DNA of 57,723 nt from an uncultured Planctomycetia bacterium (GTDB lineage Bacteria; Omnitrophota; Gorgyraeia; Tantalellales; Tantalellaceae), in contig CAZMEZ010000001.1 in assembly GCA_964565425.1 (NCBI GenBank), positions 1-57,723 on the forward strand, written 5' to 3'. This document shows positions 1-6,656 of the stretch, in pieces (position 1 is the stretch's first letter; each line of letters starts with the position of its first letter). Under the pieces are notes generated by a model, which saw only the letters and a list, made by a program, of their open reading frames with translations, was not told the origin of the DNA and did not search any database. A program made the position numbers and the translations under genes.

Positions 1-55
1 ACCTCCGACCTCATGCATGTGAGGCATGCGCTCTAACCAGCTGAGCTATGCGCCC
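1..55 (-). tRNA. tRNA-Val (anticodon CAC), 5' part only; the 3' part lies beyond the window edge
   Basis: The reverse complement reads GGGCGCA-TA-GCTC-AGCTGGTTA-GAGC-G-CATGC-CTCACAT-GCATG-AGGTC-GGAGGT. This gives the acceptor 5' strand, D arm, anticodon stem-loop with CAC at 34-36, and the start of the T stem. Confidence 0.85.
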
Positions 56-248
56 ATTTCGAAAATACACGTATTTGCTATATTTCTAACGCGCGATATC
101 TATAAAAATTTTGAAAATTATATCAGAAAACCTCTATTCGCACAACCTATATTGACTTAATCGAGTATTCCGGCGTAACGCGTGACGGGTTCGGGAACGG
201 CAATCCTGTCATTCCTCCCTCTCCGGCAAAAAAAGGGCATTTATGGGC

Positions 249-278
249 TTGATATAATTTCGTTCGCTATGCTATAAT
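249..278 (+). promoter_or_regulatory. Candidate sigma70-type promoter for tRNA-Met
   Basis: TTGATA (249-254), 18-nt spacer, TATAAT (273-278). It ends about 17 nt upstream of the mature tRNA 5' end. Confidence 0.45.
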
Positions 279-295
279 ACGCTCCTGATAAAAGC

Positions 296-373
296 GGGGG
301 CATAGCTCAATTTGGTTAGAGCAACTGACTCATAATCAGTAGGTTCATGGTTCAAGTCCATGTGCCCCCACCA
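296..373 (+). tRNA. tRNA with CAT anticodon (elongator Met, or Ile2 if lysidine-modified), CCA encoded
   Basis: 78-nt cloverleaf: GGGGGCA/TGCCCCC acceptor, GCTC/GAGC D stem, ACTGA-CTCATAA-TCAGT anticodon arm, CATGG-TTCAAGT-CCATG T arm, ACCA tail. The anticodon stem lacks the three G-C pairs of an initiator tRNA. Confidence 0.9.
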
Positions 374-384
374 GTTAAACAAAA

Positions 385-408
385 AGCCACCAGAAGGTGG
401 CTTTTTGT
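385..408 (+). terminator. Intrinsic terminator after tRNA-Met
   Basis: AGCCACC / GGTGGCT 7-bp stem with an AGAA loop, followed by TTTTTG. The A-run upstream makes it potentially bidirectional. Confidence 0.75.
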
Positions 409-416
409 TTAACTGA

Positions 417-459
417 GCATTCGAGATCCGAACTTCGGAAAGGGGAGGATCTCGAATGC
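417..459 (+). other. 13-bp perfect inverted repeat (hairpin) between two plus-strand terminators
   Basis: GCATTCGAGATCC (417-429) pairs with GGATCTCGAATGC (447-459). The 17-nt loop contains CTTCGG. Confidence 0.8.
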
Positions 460-495
460 GGTCGACTTTCGATTCTCGAATTTCGCATCCTCTTC

Positions 496-519
496 GCCAG
501 CCTAAAAACTGGCTTTTTT
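496..519 (+). terminator. Second plus-strand terminator-like hairpin
   Basis: GCCAG / CTGGC stem with an 8-nt loop, followed by TTTTTT (514-519). Confidence 0.55.
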
Positions 520-545
520 ATTTAACCGAACGATCGGACGGATCC

Positions 546-579
546 CAAAAAGAAAAGGCGGGCTCAAATTGAACCCGCC
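546..579 (-). terminator. Intrinsic terminator of the lysine-rich mini-ORF
   Basis: The minus strand reads GGCGGGTTCAATTTGAGCCCGCC, a GC-rich stem, followed by TTTTCTTTTT. Confidence 0.7.
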
Positions 580-606
580 TTTCCCGCAATAATAAGTTCG
601 TTGCTC

Positions 607-708
607 TTACTTCTTCTTTTTCTTCGCTGCCTTCTTTTTCTTTTTCTTCACGACCTTCTTTTTCTTGGCAACCTTTTTCTTCGCTGCCTTCTTTTTCTTC
701 TTCGCCAT
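607..708 (-). CDS. 33-aa lysine/alanine-rich peptide (MAKKKKKAAKKKVAKKKKVVKKKKKKAAKKKKK); too short for the ORF track
   Basis: ATG at 708 is preceded by AAGGAGGGTGAG. TAA is at 607-609, with a terminator 30 nt downstream and a possible promoter upstream. A 24-nt internal direct repeat lies at 619-643 and 676-700. Low-complexity sequence could mimic an ORF. Confidence 0.5.
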   Translation of the reverse strand: MAKKKKKAAKKKVAKKKKVVKKKKKKAAKKKKK

Positions 709-772
709 CTCACCCTCCTTCGTTTGTTAAAAAAATTGTTTTAAATTATCTTTCCTTTTTCTTTTGTTTTAA

Positions 773-800
773 AATATACATTATTTTTCTCGATTTGCAA
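773..800 (-). promoter_or_regulatory. Candidate promoter for the lysine-rich mini-ORF
   Basis: On the minus strand: TTGCAA (795-800), 16-nt spacer, TATATT (773-778). The context is AT-rich, so chance matches are likely. Confidence 0.3.
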
Positions 801-1078
801 GTCTGCGGGTGAAATTTTTTTAATTTTTTCGCGGCGCGTATCCGCGCCGGAAAATAAAAACAGGCACTCTCTCCGCGTGCCCTTGAGTTTGTTTTTGTTT
901 TTTTCCGGATATCTTCTGGGATTCAATAAAATCAGCCGTTGCAGGTGGTCAAAAAAAACGGCACGGCGTCGCTCGACAACTTTTCGTTCTCCGGGAAGAT
1001 AGGTCGGAGCGGGGAATTTTTTTTGGATATGTATTTTTCTTTGGGGAAAATCTTACAATGGACGCGATCCTCGGATCT

Positions 1079-1453
1079 TTATTTCTTTCGGGTTCGACGA
1101 TCTGCGGTATCGCAGGATCCCAGGATCTTTTCGAGGCCCTTCTGCGAGTCTCCGAAAGATTCCACGAACTCAACTGCTATGCCGTAGGTCTTGACCATCT
1201 TCTCGCTTATCGGTTCGCATCGGACAACCCGCGCCGTCCACCGCCCTTCCCCTTTAATGCCGGGGATCGCTATAGCGCAGTCAATAAGTTGGCCTATATC
1301 AAAACTGTCCAGGCTCACGAAATAAACCCCGCCGAGGCTTATATTCTCCGAAAAACAAGTGCCCGCGTGACGGCCGCCGGAACCATGAGGACAGTACCTG
1401 ACGGCGAATTTCCTTTTTGACCTTTTAAATGCCCTCTTTTCGTCTGTTATCAT
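1079..1453 (-). CDS. PilZ domain protein (c-di-GMP receptor family)
   Basis: 124 aa with an N-terminal RSKRK (RxxxR) motif and an ENISLGG (D/NxSxxG) motif. Confidence 0.75.
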   Translation of the reverse strand: MITDEKRAFKRSKRKFAVRYCPHGSGGRHAGTCFSENISLGGVYFVSLDSFDIGQLIDCAIAIPGIKGEGRWTARVVRCEPISEKMVKTYGIAVEFVESFGDSQKGLEKILGSCDTADRRTRKK

Positions 1454-1480
1454 GTCGGATCCCGCTTTTGACGAAGATTT

Positions 1481-1918
1481 TCAGTCCAGCTTCAGAAGAT
1501 CGCATCCCGTTTCGTTATCCCTGCGCCGGGATGTTTTCACTCCCAATATTTCCGCAATAACGGCCTCGACCGTAACAAAGACTCCGCAGTTCTTCCTCAT
1601 GCACCCGGTGAGCGCCTTCTCCCCTTTTCCGAAAGTGGCATGGATATGCGCCTGCGCCCGTCCCTCTTCGGCTGTTATTATCCCGAAACCGAGAACTTCT
1701 CTTCCGTCGGAGAAAGAAACTCCTGTCGGAACGGCGGGCAAACTTAATTCGCGCGGGCCGGCAGCAATATCTCCGGCGCTCAAGGCCCCGAGGAAAGTTA
1801 CGGTCGCGAGGGAAATGCCCTCCTTCGACGCCAGATCCTTTAGCTTTTCCAGCAGGTCATCACCATGCTCGAATTTAACGAGGAAAACGCGTCCGATGGA
1901 ACCTTGTTTATATTGCAT
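1481..1918 (-). CDS. PPC (DUF296) domain protein
   Basis: 145 aa. GSIGRVFLVKFEHGDDLLEKLKDLASKEGI is typical of the plants-and-prokaryotes-conserved domain. Confidence 0.7.
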   Translation of the reverse strand: MQYKQGSIGRVFLVKFEHGDDLLEKLKDLASKEGISLATVTFLGALSAGDIAAGPRELSLPAVPTGVSFSDGREVLGFGIITAEEGRAQAHIHATFGKGEKALTGCMRKNCGVFVTVEAVIAEILGVKTSRRRDNETGCDLLKLD

Positions 1919-1944
1919 GGGGTCCGGTCCTTTGGCGCCAGTTC

Positions 1945-1979
1945 AAGGATTAAGGTTAAAGGATAAAGGTTGAAGGTTT
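1945..1979. repeat. Degenerate heptamer array (AAGGWTN) x5
   Basis: aaggatt aaggtta aaggata aaggttg aaggttt, read directly from the sequence. Confidence 0.9.
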
Positions 1980-2026
1980 GTGTAATGTGTCATGACGGAC
2001 AATCATAACACATGACACATTACACA
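1979..2026. repeat. 16-bp perfect inverted repeat made of ACACATG-type heptamers
   Basis: TGTGTAATGTGTCATG (1979-1994) is the exact reverse complement of CATGACACATTACACA (2011-2026). The loop is 16 nt. Confidence 0.9.
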
Positions 2027-2039
2027 TGATACAAGACTC

Positions 2040-2067
2040 AAACCAATAATCAATAACCAACAACCAA
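2040..2067. repeat. Degenerate heptamer array (NAAYCAA) x4
   Basis: aaaccaa taatcaa taaccaa caaccaa. Confidence 0.85.
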
Positions 2068-2248
2068 GTCCACTGGCGCTCGGGCTAACCGGTTCACTGG
2101 CTAACGACCTTGCGTCTACTATGGCCTCTATGCGGCGGCTTTTGCCGCCTTAGATCCCTCGACTCAGCCTCGCTTGGCTCGGCTTCGCTCGGGATAAGTT
2201 CGGCCTTATAACTTGCGTTCGCTATCGCTCCGCAAGTTATGGCCTCAC

Positions 2249-3463
2249 TTACATGTACCTCTCGGGGGCTTCTTTAAGCTCCTTAAGCTCGGCCTTGAAC
2301 GGCTGTTTTTCCCTCCCAAAACATACGCCAAGCTGTTCGAAAAGGGCTACTTCATCCAGATCGACGTTGCGCTGTTTGATGGCCTCTTCCGCGGGCAAGT
2401 AGCGGATCTCTTTGCCTTTTACCCCGGCCAAAGTGACCCCGGATATCCCCTTGCTGAGCAAAACGACCGCACCCGCTCCGGCTTCGCTCCCAAAATTAAC
2501 GTCATAGGCAGAAGTCCGGCCGCAGCGAACAAGGTGGCCGGGTCTTACCGAACGTATTTCGGGCACGGTGTAGAGACCTTCGACATACATGTGGGTCTTT
2601 TTCATGAAATCCGTTACTTTCGGATCCGCCTTGAATCGCTTCTCAAGTTGCTGGCATACAAACTTGCCGGCGCCCGCGAGCTTTTTATGGCCGAAAGCGT
2701 CCACGCCGGCGCTTTCATCCACTATCTCTCCGCCGCTTGCATCCCTGAGTCCTTCGGCCACCACTATCAGGTATGTTCCCGCAAAGACATCGTTTTTCGC
2801 GATGCGCTCCCCGAGCCTCTTCTTCGCCTCCCTGTAAAGGATGTCGAAATCAACCGGGATCTCCGGTATCAGGACCGCGTCGGCATCCGCCGCTATGCCT
2901 CCCCTGAACGCGGTATGACCGGCGTATCGTCCGAATACTTCCACTACCATCACCCTGTTATGGGTCCTCGCCGTGGTTTTTAGGTCATCCGCGAAAACCG
3001 CGATCCTGTTAATGGTGGAATCTCCTCCAACCGAATACGTCTGCAGGTCGAGGTCCATAGTCTTGGGCGCGTGAACGCATCTTACGCCCCGCTTGAACAG
3101 GTCCACGAGTACGCTCCCCGTGTCATCTCCCCCGCTGATGACCAACGCATCGATATCGAATTTTTTCAGGCCTTCCTTTATTCGTTCGTATTTCTTATCA
3201 TCTTTTATCTTTTTTATCTTCACCCGGGAATGGCCCGCCTCCGAACCGGCTAAATTCTGGTTTATCAGATCGAGCCTTTCGGGGGTCAGCTCGGTAAGCT
3301 TGTCAAAATCCACCAAATTATACAATCCGGCATAGCCGTTAGGGATAACACAGCATTTGATGCCCAGGCTGTTTGCCATGGCAGCCGCGCCTTTTACCAC
3401 CGCGTTAAGGCCTCCGCAATCCCCGCCGCTCGTTATTACACCTATCTTCTTTACCTCTGCCAT
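2249..3463 (-). CDS. pfp: 6-phosphofructokinase, probably pyrophosphate-dependent
   Basis: 404 aa with the TSGGDCGGLNA motif. GGDDTGS carries Asp where ATP-PFKs have Gly104, and PKTMDLDL carries Lys where ATP-PFKs have Gly124. Both match the known PPi-PFK signature. Confidence 0.8.
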   Translation of the reverse strand: MAEVKKIGVITSGGDCGGLNAVVKGAAAMANSLGIKCCVIPNGYAGLYNLVDFDKLTELTPERLDLINQNLAGSEAGHSRVKIKKIKDDKKYERIKEGLKKFDIDALVISGGDDTGSVLVDLFKRGVRCVHAPKTMDLDLQTYSVGGDSTINRIAVFADDLKTTARTHNRVMVVEVFGRYAGHTAFRGGIAADADAVLIPEIPVDFDILYREAKKRLGERIAKNDVFAGTYLIVVAEGLRDASGGEIVDESAGVDAFGHKKLAGAGKFVCQQLEKRFKADPKVTDFMKKTHMYVEGLYTVPEIRSVRPGHLVRCGRTSAYDVNFGSEAGAGAVVLLSKGISGVTLAGVKGKEIRYLPAEEAIKQRNVDLDEVALFEQLGVCFGREKQPFKAELKELKEAPERYM

Positions 3464-3505
3464 CGCTCCTCCTGTTCCCTGTTCTCTGTTTTCCTGCTAA
3501 TTGGG

Positions 3506-4006
3506 TCAAAAATAACTTTCTGCCGACCTTTTGAACGGAGAATGCGACGCAGGCATGATGATCTTGAACGTCCGGCCGCTTATTATCATCTTCTTCACGT
3601 CCTTATCGCCGTCCTTCCAATAGCCATAACTCAACATTATTTCAAAATTGTCACCGTTCTTCCTGACGGAACTTATGCGGTACTCCTTGAACTCGAGGAA
3701 TTGAAAATCGAGTTTCGCGGTCTCGAAAGGATAATCCTTTTTGCTTTCGTCATCAAGAAGATCGTACATGGCCCTGTAATTCCCTTCCTGCCATGCCTGC
3801 AAAAATTCGCTTACCGTCGTGACCCCCTGGGGACACAGGTCAAGATTCGCCTCCTCGTCACTCGTCGCGCCCAGGGGTATCCCCATCATAGCGTCCCCGT
3901 TCGTCGCTTCCGCCGGATCTCCGGCCAGAACCGCCAGGGAGAGAAAAATGGCTAATGAAGCCGGTACTTTTCTAAGAAGAGGGGCCTTTTTGCACATCGG
4001 TATCAT
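3506..4006 (-). CDS. Secreted hypothetical protein (possible NTF2-like fold)
   Basis: Signal-peptide-like KKAPLLRKVPASLAIFLSLAVLAG. The start was chosen at ATG 4006, which forms an ATGA overlap with the upstream cupin stop. ATG 3997 or 4048 are also possible. Confidence 0.55.
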   Translation of the reverse strand: MIPMCKKAPLLRKVPASLAIFLSLAVLAGDPAEATNGDAMMGIPLGATSDEEANLDLCPQGVTTVSEFLQAWQEGNYRAMYDLLDDESKKDYPFETAKLDFQFLEFKEYRISSVRKNGDNFEIMLSYGYWKDGDKDVKKMIISGRTFKIIMPASHSPFKRSAESYF

Positions 4007-4275
4007 TTGAATGTATAGTGTTTCCTGATGGGGCTTGTTATTTCCCATACGCAGCTCATCCCGGCCGGAAAAGTTACCAGATCCCCGGCCCCAAACTCGA
4101 CCGTCTCCCCGCCTTCCGGCTTAACCTTCGCCGCGCCTTCCAGGATATAGCAAACCTCCGTCTCGTCGTAACTCCAGTCAAAACGCGAAACCTCTTTCTC
4201 CCATACCGGCCAGCCGCTTACACCAAGTTCTTTCAGCTTGCCTTCGTCCGGCCTTTCTATATTGATCTTCGCCAT
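4003..4275 (-). CDS. Small cupin (DUF861 / cupin_3-like) protein
   Basis: 90 aa. The stretch GWPVWEKEVSRFDWSYDETEVCYILEGAAKV...GDLVTFPAGM is typical of single-domain cupins. Confidence 0.7.
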   Translation of the reverse strand: MAKINIERPDEGKLKELGVSGWPVWEKEVSRFDWSYDETEVCYILEGAAKVKPEGGETVEFGAGDLVTFPAGMSCVWEITSPIRKHYTFK

Positions 4276-4299
4276 ACATACCCCCGGTTCGTGTTCACC

Positions 4300-4755
4300 T
4301 TAATCGGTCTTGACCCCCATAAGGGACGATATCCTCGCGTTCTCTTTTACTCTAAACCCGGATTTCCCGACTATGAGTACCGTTCTGTCCACCTGTTGAC
4401 CGCTGGTAATTATAAAGGTCGAGTGGACTACCCCCGCTCCCAGCGTCCGAGCGAGCGGCTGGATCACCCCTATGCAGCCGTCCGGGATCACGACCTTCTC
4501 ATTAAATTCTACAATATATTCACCTGCTGTCAAGTTCCACCATCCATACTTGTCACCCGGGTCCTTTTTGACCGGTTCAAGTTTTTCTACCAGCGCTTCG
4601 TTCGCCTCGCTGCCACCGAAATCTATTGCGCCTTCCTTTTTAACCGTATAGACGCAGGCTACGGTAAGATCAATACCATGGGGTCCGACCTGGTGTTTCT
4701 CGGAAACCAACTTCCCGACACAACCTGTCATTTCCTCTCCCCTGCAAAATCTCAT
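4300..4755 (-). CDS. dUTPase / dCTP-deaminase-fold protein (divergent)
   Basis: 151 aa. GIDLTV near the N-terminus and the length and beta-rich pattern resemble the DCD/dUTPase superfamily. The canonical RSS motif is not clear. The start forms an ATGA overlap with the dtd stop. Confidence 0.45.
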   Translation of the reverse strand: MRFCRGEEMTGCVGKLVSEKHQVGPHGIDLTVACVYTVKKEGAIDFGGSEANEALVEKLEPVKKDPGDKYGWWNLTAGEYIVEFNEKVVIPDGCIGVIQPLARTLGAGVVHSTFIITSGQQVDRTVLIVGKSGFRVKENARISSLMGVKTD

Positions 4756-5207
4756 TTCTCCTCCCCGTTATCCGTTCCAATAACAAAGGTTACAGGACCA
4801 TCATTGACCAGACTTACCTCCATGTGCGCTCCGAATTCCCCTTCCCTTACGGTCAAACCCTCGGACCTTAATCTTTTATTGAACGTTTTCCAAAGCTCCC
4901 TGGCGATCGCAGGGTCGGCCGCGTCATCAAACCCGGGCCTGTTGCCTTTTTCCGTGCCGGCAAGAAGCGTAAATTGAGGGACGCTCAATACTTCCCCTCC
5001 GACCTGCTTTATATCAAGGTTCATTTTCCCGTTCTCGTCTTCAAATACGCGCATCTTCGCGATTTTCAACGCTATCGTCCCGGCAGTCTCCGCTGAATCC
5101 CTCCTGCCTACACCGACCAAAAGCAGAAATCCTTTTCCGATATTCGACTTTTCCTCGCCGCCAACAGTGACCGCGGCCCTTTCTACTCTTTGCAAGACCA
5201 CTTTCAT
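4752..5207 (-). CDS. dtd: D-aminoacyl-tRNA deacylase
   Basis: 151 aa: MKVVLQRV...GKGFLLLVGV...SVPQFTLL...NDGPVTF. Confidence 0.9.
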   Translation of the reverse strand: MKVVLQRVERAAVTVGGEEKSNIGKGFLLLVGVGRRDSAETAGTIALKIAKMRVFEDENGKMNLDIKQVGGEVLSVPQFTLLAGTEKGNRPGFDDAADPAIARELWKTFNKRLRSEGLTVREGEFGAHMEVSLVNDGPVTFVIGTDNGEEK

Positions 5208-5953
5208 TGTGTTTTCTCCATTTGAACACGATTGACAAGCCTGCCTATACCCCCTATATCAACTGCTATCTCGTCGCCGTCGTTCATGGGGCCGACACCG
5301 GGAGGCGTACCGGTGGCAATAACATCCCCCGGCAGCAAGGTCATCACACCCGAAATAAAACTTATCAGCTCCGGCACACCGAATATGAAGTCGGATGTGC
5401 GCGAGTCCTGCTTAAGTTCGCCGTTCAGATAAGAGCGTATCGGGATGTCCGACGGGTCAAGTTCCGTTTCGACCCACGGTCCCACGGGGGCAAAAGTATC
5501 AAAGGATTTCGCCCTGGTCCACTGCGTATCCTTATTCTGGATATCCCTGGCGGTCACGTCGTTAAAACAGGTGTAACCCTCTATATGTTCTAACGCCTCT
5601 TCCCGCGGAACGTTCCGAACCTTGTCCTTTATAACTATCCCCAGCTCGGCCTCGAAATCGACCCTGTGGGAACAGTTAGGATATAATATCGCCTCACCCG
5701 GTCCTACGACCGCCGTGGAAGGTTTGATGAAGATCACGGGATCGGACGGTATTTCCATGCCCAGTTCTTTCGCGTGGTCCCTGTAATTCAACCCGACCGA
5801 TACGATCTTTGAAGGCGTTACAGGGGCGATAAATCTGACCTCGTCGACCTTGACGGTGCGCGGACGTCCGCTCCCGACTCCGAGGGTCACTTCGTCCCCC
5901 ATCAAAATACCCCTGTGGGCGGCTCCCTTATGAATAAATCTGACAAGCTTCAT
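5204..5953 (-). CDS. Fumarylacetoacetate hydrolase (FAH) family protein
   Basis: 249 aa: DFEAELGIVI...FDTFAPVGP...GDVIATGTPPGVGP. Confidence 0.85.
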   Translation of the reverse strand: MKLVRFIHKGAAHRGILMGDEVTLGVGSGRPRTVKVDEVRFIAPVTPSKIVSVGLNYRDHAKELGMEIPSDPVIFIKPSTAVVGPGEAILYPNCSHRVDFEAELGIVIKDKVRNVPREEALEHIEGYTCFNDVTARDIQNKDTQWTRAKSFDTFAPVGPWVETELDPSDIPIRSYLNGELKQDSRTSDFIFGVPELISFISGVMTLLPGDVIATGTPPGVGPMNDGDEIAVDIGGIGRLVNRVQMEKTQ

Positions 5954-5964
5954 CTATCCTCTCG

Positions 5965-6360
5965 CTATCCGGAAAAAGCCACGCAGGAAAGTTCAATACG
6001 AACATCTTTGGGAAGCCTTGACGCCTGAATAACACACCTGGCAGGTTTTACGCTGCCGCCGAAAGCGGAGCTGTAAACTTCGTTCATGACGGGAAAATCT
6101 CCGATATCCTTTAGATATACGTCAACCTTCACCACTTTGTCCAACCCCAAACCGCAGGAAGAAAGTATGGCTTCCGCGTTCCTGATGACCAGAGATGTCT
6201 GTTCCCTTATCTCCCCGGCCTTTATTTCTCCCGTCTCGGGATCTACAGGGATCTGTCCGGAAACAAAAACAAAACCTCCGGCCGAAACAGCCTGCGAATA
6301 AGGCCCGACGGGCGCCGGGGCGCCGTGACATTCTATCTTATTTATTCCTTTACCAGACAT
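5965..6360 (-). CDS. ridA: RidA/YjgF family reactive-intermediate deaminase
   Basis: APAPVGPYSQAV...GQIP motifs. The start was chosen at ATG 6360, because the ORF-track start at 6402 is a TTG. Confidence 0.85.
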   Translation of the reverse strand: MSGKGINKIECHGAPAPVGPYSQAVSAGGFVFVSGQIPVDPETGEIKAGEIREQTSLVIRNAEAILSSCGLGLDKVVKVDVYLKDIGDFPVMNEVYSSAFGGSVKPARCVIQASRLPKDVRIELSCVAFSG

Positions 6361-6406
6361 GAAAACCCGTTCCTGATACCATGGAAGAGAGGGCTGCGGC
6401 AAAAGG

Positions 6407-6634
6407 TCATTTCTCCCGTATCTCTACGCTGATGCCTTTTTCGCGGAGATAAGAGAACAGTTTGTCCAGCTCAGGTTTTTGCCCGTCTATTATGAGGTAG
6501 GCCCATCCGCTCTCGGTGGAAAAAGAAGCTTCCACTATTTTCATTTCGATATCGAAATTCTTTATCATGCTGCATATGATCGGCTCATCCTTGAGTTCGC
6601 CGGGTATAAATAACTCTATTTTCATTTCTCCCAT
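6407..6634 (-). CDS. Stand-alone NIL (ferredoxin-like) domain protein
   Basis: About 75 aa, resembling the C-terminal NIL domain of MetN-type ABC ATPases. ATG 6634 is preceded by AAAGGAG. Confidence 0.6.
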   Translation of the reverse strand: MGEMKIELFIPGELKDEPIICSMIKNFDIEMKIVEASFSTESGWAYLIIDGQKPELDKLFSYLREKGISVEIREK

Positions 6635-6656
6635 CTCGACTCCTTTCTTGTGCCTT

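Noticed and set aside
741-926. 61-aa minus-strand ORF upstream of the lysine-rich mini-gene
   Set aside because: It has a TTG start and no RBS. Its basic composition follows from the A-rich DNA, and it overlaps the candidate promoter region. There is no support for coding.
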